Virus record (IMG/VR): IMGVR_UViG_3300028844_004234 | Direction: 5' to 3' (one strand) | DNA from: an uncultured virus (IMG/VR IMGVR_UViG_3300028844_004234) | Taxonomy: Duplodnaviria > Heunggongvirae > Uroviricota > Caudoviricetes | DNA: 64,000 nt | Shown here: in pieces, positions 48,050-58,074 of the stretch | Position numbering within the stretch: the stretch's first letter is position 1 | Layout of the letters: each line of letters opens with the position of its first letter | The notes under the pieces: model-generated | What the model saw: only the letters and a program-made list of their open reading frames with translations | Database searches by the model: none | What the model was told of the DNA's origin: nothing | Made by a program: the position numbers and the translations under genes

Positions 48050-48649
48050 ATGAGTAAACCAACAAAAATTGTTTTCAATAACGGTCCTGCTGGTTCAGGA
48101 AAAGATGTTTCTGCTGATAATATGAGACGAAACACTGTAAAAACTTACCAAATGGAATTTAAAAAACCGCTGTTCGCTCTGGTTAAACTTGTATACAATA
48201 TCTCTGACAGTGAGTGGAACGAAATGTATACCAGAGAGAATAAAGAAAAACCATATGATGTATTGAATGGGTTTTCTCCACGTCAGGCATTGATCCATAT
48301 GTCAGAGGAAGTTATTAAGCCGAAATTCGGTAAAGATTTTTTCGGCAAATGGGTGGTAACTGATCTCAAGCGACATGAGGAGTATGGGTTCCGACGGTTC
48401 ATTTTCTCCGACAGCGGGTTCCCCGAAGAGGCGATCCCCATCATCAGAGAGTACGGTGAATCTAATGTTGCTGTGTTTCGCATCATGAGAGATGGTCATG
48501 GGTATAGTGGTGATAGTCGTTCGTATCTAAAACCCGAAGATCTCCCTTCTGGTGTTTCGTTCTATGATGTGTATAATAACGGTAGTCTCGATGAGTTCCT
48601 CGATGAGACTGTGAACCTGTTTAAGGACTTTGTTGGGGAGTGTGATTGA
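48050..48649 (+). CDS. dNMP kinase
   Basis: NGPAGSGKD, SPRQALI..SE, SDSGF.EE. Confidence 0.8.
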   Translation: MSKPTKIVFNNGPAGSGKDVSADNMRRNTVKTYQMEFKKPLFALVKLVYNISDSEWNEMYTRENKEKPYDVLNGFSPRQALIHMSEEVIKPKFGKDFFGKWVVTDLKRHEEYGFRRFIFSDSGFPEEAIPIIREYGESNVAVFRIMRDGHGYSGDSRSYLKPEDLPSGVSFYDVYNNGSLDEFLDETVNLFKDFVGECD

Positions 48650-48650
48650 T

Positions 48651-49574
48651 ATGAAACAACTGTTGGTTGAGAAGTACCGGCCAAAGAATGTTGAAAACTA
48701 TGTGTTTAATGCGGAATCAACTGCAAGAAAGGTTGAAAAATGGTTAGAAGATGGTGAAATCCCAAACATCCTACTGTCAGGTGGTGCAGGTACGGGTAAG
48801 AGCACTCTTGCGGGTGTTCTTGTAAATGAGTTGGGGATTCAGCAATCTGACGTTTATCGTGTCAATGCATCATTACAGAATGGTATCGGTTTTGTTCGTG
48901 AGGAACTTGAGCCTTGGTGTAAGAAATCTTCTTTCTCGAAATTCAAGGTTGTCATCATGGAGGAAGCCGATTCTCTGGGTCTGTCTGCACAGAAGTCACT
49001 ACGTGATATCACAGAATCCTATTCTGATCGGGTTCGGTGGATCTTCACATGCAACTACCCAGAGAAGATAATTCCGGCTCTTCTGTCAAGGTTTCAGCAC
49101 ATACACATTGATTCACATGACGAAGACAACATCATAAATCTTGTTCTTGATATTGTCGAGGCTGAAGGTTTGATCGTCAATGATGAGCGAGACCTACTGG
49201 CTCACATTGATCAATATCAACCCGATATCAGGAAGATCATCAACAGCATTGATGAGTATACAGACTCAAATAAAGTCCTTCATGCACCGGATGCAGCTCA
49301 TGTCGGTACTGATATTGGACGATGGGAAGAGTTGTGGAAGGCTGGTGAGGTTCAAGATAAGTTCAGTGAGACTCTGGAACTGTCAGAGCATATTGACCAG
49401 AACAACTATGACTGGTTCTATGAGGTGATGTACACAAACCATCACAACTTCATTGACCAACACAAAGCAATCATTCTACTGTCAAAATATCTTGATCGTG
49501 CACAGCGGTGTGCGAATCAGCGTCTACACCTGAAAGCGTTCCTGTATCATGCTTTTTGTGTTGATGAGGAGTAG
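48651..49574 (+). CDS. Clamp loader ATPase subunit (gp44/RFC-like)
   Basis: VEKYRP, GGAGTGKS, NAS, EEAD, TCNY, SRF. Confidence 0.93.
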   Translation: MKQLLVEKYRPKNVENYVFNAESTARKVEKWLEDGEIPNILLSGGAGTGKSTLAGVLVNELGIQQSDVYRVNASLQNGIGFVREELEPWCKKSSFSKFKVVIMEEADSLGLSAQKSLRDITESYSDRVRWIFTCNYPEKIIPALLSRFQHIHIDSHDEDNIINLVLDIVEAEGLIVNDERDLLAHIDQYQPDIRKIINSIDEYTDSNKVLHAPDAAHVGTDIGRWEELWKAGEVQDKFSETLELSEHIDQNNYDWFYEVMYTNHHNFIDQHKAIILLSKYLDRAQRCANQRLHLKAFLYHAFCVDEE

Positions 49575-49579
49575 TTCAT

Positions 49580-49987
49580 ATGTCAGACTTGTTCAAATTT
49601 TTTGATAAGTTGAATGAAGGCGATCTTTCATATGTTGACCAGATGACAGACGATGAGGTGAAAGCGATTTCACCCTTCGTCTTGACGATGTGGATGTCAG
49701 GTGCTACATCCAATAACATTGAACATGTGATATTAACGGATACCTATTGTAATGATAAAGTTTTTCAACTATCAAAACACCCAAGGCTTCTTCTGAAACT
49801 ATTCATGTCAGCAAATGAAGGAATTGGCAAGGATCGGTATAAATTTGAGAAGAGTGTCACAAAAGAAGAGTCTGCTGTGATAAAACACATTGCTCGTTAT
49901 TATCAATGTGGGTACAATGAGGCTAAGCAATATAAAAGGCTTCTTTCAGATAAAGACCTCAAAGATCTTAAGGAAATGTACGAATGA
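49580..49987 (+). CDS. Clamp loader small subunit (gp62-like)
   Basis: SPF...WMS; I.RYY..G..EA..Y..LL; position. Confidence 0.7.
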   Translation: MSDLFKFFDKLNEGDLSYVDQMTDDEVKAISPFVLTMWMSGATSNNIEHVILTDTYCNDKVFQLSKHPRLLLKLFMSANEGIGKDRYKFEKSVTKEESAVIKHIARYYQCGYNEAKQYKRLLSDKDLKDLKEMYE

Positions 49988-50652
49988 ATATCAAAACAAT
50001 GAATGATATTGATGCTCTCTATGAGAAACCGATTCAAACGACCGCAGATGGCTTTGTATGCCCTGTTTGTTCAAAGGTATACAAGACCATTACCGGAGCC
50101 GAGAAACACCTCAAACGTCAGGATTGTGCCAATCTGAGGGCTTTATATTCTGGTACTATGAGTGAACTAACCGGTTATAAGATCTACAAGGACATTGTAT
50201 CGGAACTGAACCCACGAAGTCAGGTGACTTTCTCATCTTTTAATAAATCGAAAGCATACAACTCAACCATGAGGTACGTGTCCTTCGTAAACTACCATGG
50301 GATGAGTGAGTATGAGATTGAATATGCCAATTGGGTGCTTATTACAAAGAAATTGAAAACTGTCAATCAGGTATTCTCTTTGTGTCTCAAAACGCACATA
50401 CTGAATGAGTTCAAGGTATTCCTCCATCGTTCTGATATGATCGAGTCAGAGAAGTACTTCAATCAACATAAAGACCGGATGAAAGAAGATCAGAACTTCT
50501 TTGTACGTTCCGTTGAGAAATGCAAGATGTCAATCATCTACTTAGCTGGCAACAGTGAAGCCTCATCTATGATCCAATCTCTGGAAGCGGATTATTATGC
50601 CCGTATTGCAGATGTTGTAGAGATGGTTCTCGGGGAGGATAAGAAAAAATGA
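49984..50652 (+). CDS. Zinc-finger protein
   Basis: FVCPVCSKVY......KH....C. Confidence 0.65.
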   Translation: MNIKTMNDIDALYEKPIQTTADGFVCPVCSKVYKTITGAEKHLKRQDCANLRALYSGTMSELTGYKIYKDIVSELNPRSQVTFSSFNKSKAYNSTMRYVSFVNYHGMSEYEIEYANWVLITKKLKTVNQVFSLCLKTHILNEFKVFLHRSDMIESEKYFNQHKDRMKEDQNFFVRSVEKCKMSIIYLAGNSEASSMIQSLEADYYARIADVVEMVLGEDKKK

Positions 50653-51071
50653 AAGAAGAACAACCAAGCATCCAGTTATGTAAAGAAGATGCAGACTTTG
50701 TTATAAGTGCTTTCCTCGAAATGAATGGAAAGCCATTAGACTCGTTAAGCCGTCTATCATTTGCCCCAAATATCGTGGCCGCATATGATTACATGGTTGC
50801 ATCTTTTGAGGATAACAAACAAAAGTTCTTCGAATCTATGATGACCGTTGTCGAAGAATGCAACCAATTGGCGGTCTATGATTGTGAAACGGTAAGCAAG
50901 ACGGCAAAAGAGTCTGTGGCAAGAATTGGGGCTGAATCCATGATACCGGTTGTCGATGATTTTTTTAAAGGTGGAGACTATACAGAGTCTCTTGTGGAGG
51001 TTATGATAATGTATACGGTAGAGAACATGAAGGTCGCTAACGATGCAAGAGAGTCGTCAAAACTCAATTAG
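50649..51071 (+). CDS. Hypothetical protein
   Basis: ATGA overlap; RBS GGAGG. Confidence 0.65.
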   Translation: MKEEQPSIQLCKEDADFVISAFLEMNGKPLDSLSRLSFAPNIVAAYDYMVASFEDNKQKFFESMMTVVEECNQLAVYDCETVSKTAKESVARIGAESMIPVVDDFFKGGDYTESLVEVMIMYTVENMKVANDARESSKLN

Positions 51072-51660
51072 GTCAGAATTTGACGTAGACATTGACGTTC
51101 GCCCTGACACCGACAGAACCCGTTACGGTGTCAGGGCAATGGTCTACAATGAGAAAACAGAGAAAATATTACCACACCCGTCTGGAATTTACATTGAAGA
51201 CGTTCCTATTGACCAGTTGACTGGCTTGTGTTCATTCGATTATAAGTATGGGTCTGAAAAAGGATTCATGAAGATCGATATGTTGAACAATACGGCTTAT
51301 GAAGGTTTTAAGAACAAAGATGAGGTTCTCGATGCGGCGCAGGGTGATGTTGATTGGTCTCTTCTAAGAGATCCTGATGTTGTGAGGGAACTACCTCACA
51401 TAGCAAACCATTTTGATCTTGTATCAAGGATAGAACCTAAGAGCATTGAAGACCTCGCTGATGTTTTGGCACTCATTCGACCCGGTAAAAGAGACCTTGC
51501 CGACGAATATATAAAAGACCAAAACAAAGTGAGGAGAACACTTTACAAGAGACCTAGGGGTGATCTCAACTACTTCAAAAAATCACATGCGATATCATAC
51601 GCCATGATGATTGTGTGTTGTATGTATAAGATCAAGAACAAAGGTGGTATCGTTTGGTGA
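51043..51660 (+). CDS. DnaE-like (family C polymerase) catalytic fragment
   Basis: FDVDIDV, HPSGIY, GFMKIDML, LALIRPG, YFKKSHAISY. Confidence 0.88.
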   Translation: MQESRQNSIRSEFDVDIDVRPDTDRTRYGVRAMVYNEKTEKILPHPSGIYIEDVPIDQLTGLCSFDYKYGSEKGFMKIDMLNNTAYEGFKNKDEVLDAAQGDVDWSLLRDPDVVRELPHIANHFDLVSRIEPKSIEDLADVLALIRPGKRDLADEYIKDQNKVRRTLYKRPRGDLNYFKKSHAISYAMMIVCCMYKIKNKGGIVW

Positions 51661-51664
51661 CCTG

Positions 51665-52015
51665 TCAGGTAGTAGCAGTGATACGTCCAACCACATGCCT
51701 TTTTGGGGGCTTTGAATGAAGTTGCATGTTCTCTGTCCCCTTGGTATGTTTCTTGTTCAATAAAACAGGACTACCCATGTCCACTTGGGGAAAGAACTGT
51801 GATTTGAAAACAGAAAACCTTTTATGAGAGAAGTACAACTTCCAGATAATAACAACCAACCGTATTTCGGGGTTCTCATTTGTGGTCAGGTCATAGAATA
51901 TTATGTGTTTCGGTGTGGAGAAATCCACAACACCGACGAGAGTTCGTCCAGAAACCTCAACCACATCCATAATGCTTTTATTATTTGTCTCTTCTGTCAC
52001 AACGTTTGACACCAT
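51665..52015 (-). CDS. Hypothetical late protein
   Basis: Fills the gap; TAAATA at 52056-52061 (-). Confidence 0.6.
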   Translation of the reverse strand: MVSNVVTEETNNKSIMDVVEVSGRTLVGVVDFSTPKHIIFYDLTTNENPEIRLVVIIWKLYFSHKRFSVFKSQFFPQVDMGSPVLLNKKHTKGTENMQLHSKPPKRHVVGRITATT

Positions 52016-52060
52016 TCAAAAAATTTCATATACTATGTGTAATCTGTTATAAGTTTATTT

Positions 52061-52375
52061 ATGAGGGTAATTTGTATGGGGGTGCGACAAACTGTACTCA
52101 ATGTCAATGGGCGCGACTTTTCCGTGTTAATAATTGGTAGATACACTTTTAGGTGCAACGAGCAAATACGACTAGGGAGTGTTGGGTGGTTCGAGAAGCC
52201 ACTTGGTGCTCGTGGGTACATCTACAAGTTGAATGTCAATGCCAAAGCCCCAGATCTATACAACTTCGTGAATATTGAATACTTTAGTGTTGATACTGAC
52301 AAAGAGGCTTTAGGTATGCTACTATCAGAACCCATATCATCCATCAAAGATGTTAAGAGGTTCCTCATGTTATGA
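52061..52375 (+). CDS. Hypothetical protein
   Basis: ATGA overlap with primase. Confidence 0.55.
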   Translation: MRVICMGVRQTVLNVNGRDFSVLIIGRYTFRCNEQIRLGSVGWFEKPLGARGYIYKLNVNAKAPDLYNFVNIEYFSVDTDKEALGMLLSEPISSIKDVKRFLML

Positions 52376-53301
52376 ATGATTTTGATAAGCTCGTTTCCGA
52401 CATACATGCGGCTGCTGACCTAAAGAACAAAGAAGCAACCGGTTTCTATGCTGTCCATTGTCCAGTCTGTCAGAAAATGGATAAGAAGACCGGTGGTTTT
52501 AAATTTGAAAATGGGTCAATCATTTACAATTGCTTTCGTGGTAGTTGTGATGCAACGTGTGTATACAACGAAGGTGAGCCCGTTTCTAGGAAATTCAAGA
52601 ACCTGATGAGAACCATCAATGTTCAGATTCCAATGTCTATGACCATGGTGCGGTCAACCTTCAGGCGTGAGCTTGAGGAAACATTAGATGAACGGCTTTT
52701 TAAGAAACACTCGTTTTCGGGTATAAGTTTTGATGAGGGAGACCTCACTGATATGATACCTGAATTTTGGTGTGACTGGCTAGACGATAGGGGTGTCTCA
52801 TTGAAAGGATTTTCTTATATCAGAACCGGTAAGTTTTCTGGGAATCTCCTTTTACCGTTCAAACTATTTGGTAAGACTATTGGGCATCAGATAATAACGA
52901 AGCATGGGTACATTGCACTAAACAAAGGGAATAGTCATGTTATCTACTCGCCATCGGGAACGATACCGACGAATAAGGTATTTGTTGTCGAAGGGGCATT
53001 GGATGCCAAGTCGTTTCCTGATACAATAGCGGTTCTCGGTAGTAAGATAACACCTGAACAGGCATATTTTCTGAAAGGGAAGGATGTTGTGTTCATACCT
53101 GATAGATCGGGAGGTAATAAGTTTGTCAAGCAATTCAAGGATTATGGGTGGTCTTTATGTGTACCGCCTTGGAATGAGAAAGATCTCAATGAAGCTGTGG
53201 CAAAGTATGGGGTACTTGTGACGGCAAGAATGATAAGAGACAATATATACAGTAATAAATTAAAGGCTGAAGCCGCTTTCAGGCTGTGGACGGAGGATTA
53301 A
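52372..53301 (+). CDS. DNA primase (gp61-like)
   Basis: Zn finger CPVC...YNCFRGSC; TOPRIM VVEGALDA, PDR, KDLNE. Confidence 0.9.
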   Translation: MNDFDKLVSDIHAAADLKNKEATGFYAVHCPVCQKMDKKTGGFKFENGSIIYNCFRGSCDATCVYNEGEPVSRKFKNLMRTINVQIPMSMTMVRSTFRRELEETLDERLFKKHSFSGISFDEGDLTDMIPEFWCDWLDDRGVSLKGFSYIRTGKFSGNLLLPFKLFGKTIGHQIITKHGYIALNKGNSHVIYSPSGTIPTNKVFVVEGALDAKSFPDTIAVLGSKITPEQAYFLKGKDVVFIPDRSGGNKFVKQFKDYGWSLCVPPWNEKDLNEAVAKYGVLVTARMIRDNIYSNKLKAEAAFRLWTED

Positions 53302-53304
53302 CCA

Positions 53305-54630
53305 TTGAGTGAGATTTCACCAAAAGAAAAACTGTTGTTAGAATATCTATTAGCAGATAAAGAAACGTTTGTCAAGTGTTATACAATGCTCAAGCCTGAG
53401 TATTTTTCACCACCAAATGACAGAGTGGTAGAATTCATTCTTGACTACTTCAGAAAGCATTATGGGATTCCAGATGTTGATATCATCGACGCGGAAGTTG
53501 CTGTGTCTCTGAAAGAAAGAGATCCGGTTGACGAATCCGAACGTTCCTATCTCATTGAAGAGATTGAGCAACACTGCCAAGAGGCAGCGATGAGTATTGC
53601 TGTTCTTGAGGCAGCGGATCTCATTAGTGAGGGAAACACTGAAGATGTGATCTCTCTTATACGGGAAGCCATGTTGGTTAAAGTTGACAAGTCGATTGGG
53701 CGTGAGCTTTTTGAAAACTCGAAAGATCGCATAGAACAAATGGAGGACTCCGTAACAGAATATAGTTGTGGTGTCAAAGAAATAGACAACATGCTTGGGT
53801 ATTTCAGGCGTGGTGAATTCTATATGGTCTATGCTGTCTCTGGTGGTGGTAAGTCAATCTTTCTTGGCAACGCAGCAGCCGCATTTGCGAAGCAGGGTCT
53901 TGATGTATCTATCATCACACTTGAACTTAAGGAGGATCTGTATTGTAAACGTCTTGACTCTATGATCGTTGGCACCGACCTAGCAGAGCATAAGCAAAAA
54001 TCAGATACAATCGATGAATTTTATTCGACACATGGTGGTGAATTTGGTAGTATCATCGTCAAGAAGATGCCAGCAAAGACAACATCATCTGAAATCGAAG
54101 CATACCTGATGGAATACCATCTCACAAAGGGAAAATACCCTGATGTGTTGTTGGTTGATTATGTCGGCCTTATGGGTGTTGATGGTATGAGGAACAATAA
54201 TAACAAATTCGATATTGACCATGAGAAGGCACTTGGTATAATACGGATGGCAGAAACACATAACATGATCACGTTCTCTGCGGGTCAGATCAACAGGGAA
54301 GGTCAGGATGTGCTCAAGGTTAACCCATCACATTGTGCTGGTGGTATTTCCTTGATCAATGACTCTGACGGTGCTTTTGCTCTTGTTGCATCAGAAGAAG
54401 ATCTTGACAATGATCAGGTACAGGCACAACCGTTGAAGATTCGCCATACCAAGAAAAGTGCAGGTGGTATCACAATCTACCGTGATGGTTCGAACATGAG
54501 AATGTCTGGCACTGCTTTTACAATAAAACCTGCGGAATCACCATTGACAAAACGAAAAGAAGAGAATAAGATACAACCTGAAAAGAAAAAGAGTGCAAAA
54601 AGTAAATTACGAGACGCAATGAAACTGTAG
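53305..54630 (+). CDS. Replicative helicase (gp41/DnaB-like)
   Basis: SGGGKS, TLEL, VDYVGLM, QINREG. Confidence 0.92.
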   Translation: MSEISPKEKLLLEYLLADKETFVKCYTMLKPEYFSPPNDRVVEFILDYFRKHYGIPDVDIIDAEVAVSLKERDPVDESERSYLIEEIEQHCQEAAMSIAVLEAADLISEGNTEDVISLIREAMLVKVDKSIGRELFENSKDRIEQMEDSVTEYSCGVKEIDNMLGYFRRGEFYMVYAVSGGGKSIFLGNAAAAFAKQGLDVSIITLELKEDLYCKRLDSMIVGTDLAEHKQKSDTIDEFYSTHGGEFGSIIVKKMPAKTTSSEIEAYLMEYHLTKGKYPDVLLVDYVGLMGVDGMRNNNNKFDIDHEKALGIIRMAETHNMITFSAGQINREGQDVLKVNPSHCAGGISLINDSDGAFALVASEEDLDNDQVQAQPLKIRHTKKSAGGITIYRDGSNMRMSGTAFTIKPAESPLTKRKEENKIQPEKKKSAKSKLRDAMKL

Positions 54631-54651
54631 ACACAAGAGGGAAAATGATGT

Positions 54652-55365
54652 ATGATTATTGATCTTAAAAATATTTTGGATTGCCTTGACTCTGTCGGAG
54701 TTGAAGCTGTGGTGATCGAACCGAGTGAGGACAGTACCGGTACTCTGGTTCGAGGAGCCGACAAGAAGCGAGACATTGTTGTATTTGATGTTGTGGATGG
54801 GATTGTTCTGACAGAGTACCCGATTGGTATTCAGTCGGTGAAGGGTCTTCTGTCTCGGTTGTCTCTATTTGACGATGATGCGGTTATTGAACTTGAGGAT
54901 GACGGTGAGATCGTCATTAACATCAAGATCAAAAAAGGACGGAAAAAGGCATCATACAAATGTGCAGAACCCGAGCACCTGAGTGTACCGAAGTTTGTAC
55001 CCGGTGAACTCAAAGTAGAGGAAGACAAATCAATTGTGTTGACAAAAGAGTATGTCTCACATCTGTCTCATGCAATCCAGTCAATGAGTTTCACTGGATC
55101 AAATGAACAGTCTCTGTCTGTGAAGGTTGACAACCACAATGCAACTATTTCAATCTATGACGGGGAGGATGATTCGTTTACAGATGAACTGAAGGGCGTC
55201 GGACTTGAAGCCTGTGAGAAGTCCTCTTGGGGTGTTAAACCATTCCAACGTGTTATGAAATGCTCCATTGAAGGTAGAGACCAAACATCATTTACCGTCA
55301 ATGAACATGGTGTTGCGGTATTTACAGTCGGTCTTATCGATGTTATCATTTCACCGTTCGCATAA
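54652..55365 (+). CDS. Probable sliding clamp (gp45-like)
   Basis: 237 aa, two alpha/beta repeats; between helicase and SSB. Confidence 0.6.
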   Translation: MIIDLKNILDCLDSVGVEAVVIEPSEDSTGTLVRGADKKRDIVVFDVVDGIVLTEYPIGIQSVKGLLSRLSLFDDDAVIELEDDGEIVINIKIKKGRKKASYKCAEPEHLSVPKFVPGELKVEEDKSIVLTKEYVSHLSHAIQSMSFTGSNEQSLSVKVDNHNATISIYDGEDDSFTDELKGVGLEACEKSSWGVKPFQRVMKCSIEGRDQTSFTVNEHGVAVFTVGLIDVIISPFA

Positions 55366-55426
55366 ATAGTGTATACAAAAAAATACACTTAAAGTAAAAT
55401 TAAATTCAAGACAAAGGAAATAAAAG

Positions 55427-56410
55427 ATGAGCAAACTTAAAAACAAACTGAAACTGAAGAACAACATCCGTGAACAGGTCGAGAAAGAAGATCAGAAGTC
55501 TGGTGGCCCAGATAAGCGGTTCCTGAACTTCTATGATCTGAAACAGGGTGAGAAAATGTCTGTTCTGATTGTACCAGACCCCAACGGTGAACTGTGGGTG
55601 AAATACAAGAAACACGGTCCGAACCTCGGTGTCCGTGGTATGGAAACCATCGGTTGTGCATATCATGCAGGTGGTCAGGACTGTCCGGCGTGTCAGAAAG
55701 GTTTTGAGTACCTTGAACTGGCAAAAGAAACCGGTGATGACTCTTACAAGAAAGAGGCCAAGAAGTGGTTTGCTCGTGACTATACAGTGATGAACGTCAT
55801 TGTTCTCGACTCCCCGATTGATGTGGTTGAAGCTGATGACGGCAATCAGGTCAAGCTGATGTATGTTCCGTATGCGATTGAGAAACTGATCAAGGAACAG
55901 ATCAAGGAAGGTATCCTTGATGAAGATGAACTGGTTACTACACCACTGGTCATCAAGATGGACAAAAACGGTGCAGGTTTTGCTGACTACAGTTCATCAT
56001 TCTTCAGCCGCAAGACTGTGACAGAAGAGGAACTTGAGGTCTTTGATGACTTTGTGGTTGAACCTTTCGACCTGATCAATCTCGATACAATCCCAGATGC
56101 ACCGAGTACCGAAGAGGTTGCGGAGTGGGTTGAGAAAGCAGAACAGAAACTGCTTGATGGGAACGGTGATAAGAAGTCTTCAGGTCGTGGTGCCCGTTCT
56201 GCGAATGATGAAGATGATTCACCGAAGTCACGCCTCGGTGGTGTAAAATCTCGTCTGAAAACCCGTAAGGTTGAAGAAGAACCGGAAGAACCGGCATATG
56301 ATGACGATGTGCCTATGGATCTGAATGAATCTGAACCTGAACAACAGGAAGAGAAAGAAAGTCGTCCTGTTGGGAACATTCGAGATCGACTGAAAAATCT
56401 TCGTCGATAA
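55427..56410 (+). CDS. Single-stranded DNA-binding protein (gp32-like)
   Basis: H..., C....CPAC zinc site, DYSSS.F, acidic tail. Confidence 0.8.
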   Translation: MSKLKNKLKLKNNIREQVEKEDQKSGGPDKRFLNFYDLKQGEKMSVLIVPDPNGELWVKYKKHGPNLGVRGMETIGCAYHAGGQDCPACQKGFEYLELAKETGDDSYKKEAKKWFARDYTVMNVIVLDSPIDVVEADDGNQVKLMYVPYAIEKLIKEQIKEGILDEDELVTTPLVIKMDKNGAGFADYSSSFFSRKTVTEEELEVFDDFVVEPFDLINLDTIPDAPSTEEVAEWVEKAEQKLLDGNGDKKSSGRGARSANDEDDSPKSRLGGVKSRLKTRKVEEEPEEPAYDDDVPMDLNESEPEQQEEKESRPVGNIRDRLKNLRR

Positions 56411-56419
56411 TGTAATATG

Positions 56420-56449
56420 AAAGGGGCTCTGTGAGCCCCTTTTTGTTTT
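56420..56449 (+). terminator. Rho-independent terminator
   Basis: AAAGGGGCTC tgt GAGCCCCTTTTTGTTTT. Confidence 0.85.
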
Positions 56450-56467
56450 AAGTGTGAGAGAAAGAAA

Positions 56468-57043
56468 ATGAGAAAAGCAGTAAGAGAAAAAATTAAAAGA
56501 CTTATTATTCGAGAGGGTGGTGTTGTTGACGACAAGACCGACCGTGGTGGTAGAACAAAGTATGGGATCACTCAGAATACAGCGAGGGCATTCGGTTTTA
56601 AAGGTGACGTGTTTGATCTGACGTATGATCAGGCAATCTCAATCTACTATCAGCGATTCTATGTGAACCCGAAGTTCTATCGTATCGAACAGGCATTCTC
56701 CTCACAGCTCGCTGAAGCAATGTTTGACTTCGGGGTGCATTCCGGTACTCTCACGCCAGTAAAAACCCTACAGCGCGTTTTAAACGCCTTTAACTATGAA
56801 GAACGGTTCTATGATGACCTTGTTGTTGATGGCTTATATGGTAATATGACGGAGTATGCTATTACTAAGTTCATTGAGAGGCGAGGTAGGGATGGGCTGA
56901 GTGTTCTTACGTATGTGTTGAATGCACTTAGAACAGCATTCCTCTTCGACATAGTGGAGTCGGATGAGTCACAAGAGCGATTCGCATATGGTTGGGCCGT
57001 TCGTGTGAATGAAATTGAAAAAGAATTGGGGGTCAATAAATAA
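56468..57043 (+). CDS. Endolysin, GH108 with peptidoglycan-binding domain
   Basis: EGG..D...DRGG.TKYGIT, FDFGVHSG, LQR.L, VDG.YG..T, F.YGW..R. Confidence 0.9.
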   Translation: MRKAVREKIKRLIIREGGVVDDKTDRGGRTKYGITQNTARAFGFKGDVFDLTYDQAISIYYQRFYVNPKFYRIEQAFSSQLAEAMFDFGVHSGTLTPVKTLQRVLNAFNYEERFYDDLVVDGLYGNMTEYAITKFIERRGRDGLSVLTYVLNALRTAFLFDIVESDESQERFAYGWAVRVNEIEKELGVNK

Positions 57044-57073
57044 GGATAACAACATCAAGGAGTTATCTTTAAA

Positions 57074-57514
57074 ATGGCTAGAAATTACCAACAAGGAATA
57101 TATGAAGTACAGAACAAGGAGAAATATGTTGGGACAAAAGAACCACGATATTTGTCTTCGTATGAATTAGCTGTTTTTAAGTTTTGTGACAGATCCCCGA
57201 ATGTGATAGAATGGGGATCTGAAACAACAATAGTGAAGTATTACAATCCAGTCAAACAAAGACTTGCCAGATACCTAGTTGACATATACATCAAGTATAA
57301 AGATAAGAATGGTGATGTTCACGAAGAACTCATTGAGATCAAACCAAAGGCACAGTGTAAGCCTCCTAAAAAAGGAAGAAAACGGAAAGATGTGTACGAA
57401 CAAGAGGTGATGACGTGGATGGTTAATCAGGCTAAGTGGGAAGAAGCCTCTAAGTATGCAGAACAGAGAGGCATGAAGTTTAGAATATTGACAGAGGACT
57501 CAATCTTTCGTTAG
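57074..57514 (+). CDS. Head completion nuclease (gp4-like)
   Basis: N..KYVG, SSYEL, WGSE, Y.VD, EIKP..Q, NQAKW.....A....M.F.ILTE. Confidence 0.9.
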   Translation: MARNYQQGIYEVQNKEKYVGTKEPRYLSSYELAVFKFCDRSPNVIEWGSETTIVKYYNPVKQRLARYLVDIYIKYKDKNGDVHEELIEIKPKAQCKPPKKGRKRKDVYEQEVMTWMVNQAKWEEASKYAEQRGMKFRILTEDSIFR

Positions 57515-58074
57515 GGTAAACTAAAGACACTCTCATCCTTATCGAATTTTATATAGTCTTCCATATGATCACCGAGTTCTATATCAAGGTTATCAAATTC
57601 AATGCTGACTGTGATATATGATTCGGAGTCATTTTCATATGCGTTTTCTGGGTAATTCACCTCTGTTATGAAACAATTCTTCATGGTGAATGTTTCTGTT
57701 ATCTCTTTATTAGAATTATACATCCTGACACGAACGTCGAATTTGTAGTCTCTCAGTTTAATGTCATCGTCGAAAAGACCGTCATACTTGTTTAACTGTT
57801 TCATCATTTGGATGTAGAGAAGAGTGCTTGTGATTGATTCTTCGTCATCGTGAAAAACCAATGTAACCCCAGATATACTCACATCCCCCTTATTTTTATA
57901 TGTGAACCCCTTTTGTCTCTGGGAATCAACAGAGAATGATATGGTCGGCCTTGTTAGACTTCTTAATTGTCTACCGAGGAGGTTACCGGTTGGTTCCGGC
58001 ATTCTAAAAAATTCCGCATAGAAGTTATCAATCAGTCTGTTCTTGTTGTTCAATACGTTCAGATGGTTTTTCAT
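57511..58074 (-). CDS. Tail tube-like protein (gp19/gp54 family)
   Basis: RPTISF, LVFHDDE, NCFITEVNY, ITVSIEFD. Confidence 0.6.
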   Translation of the reverse strand: MKNHLNVLNNKNRLIDNFYAEFFRMPEPTGNLLGRQLRSLTRPTISFSVDSQRQKGFTYKNKGDVSISGVTLVFHDDEESITSTLLYIQMMKQLNKYDGLFDDDIKLRDYKFDVRVRMYNSNKEITETFTMKNCFITEVNYPENAYENDSESYITVSIEFDNLDIELGDHMEDYIKFDKDESVFSLP

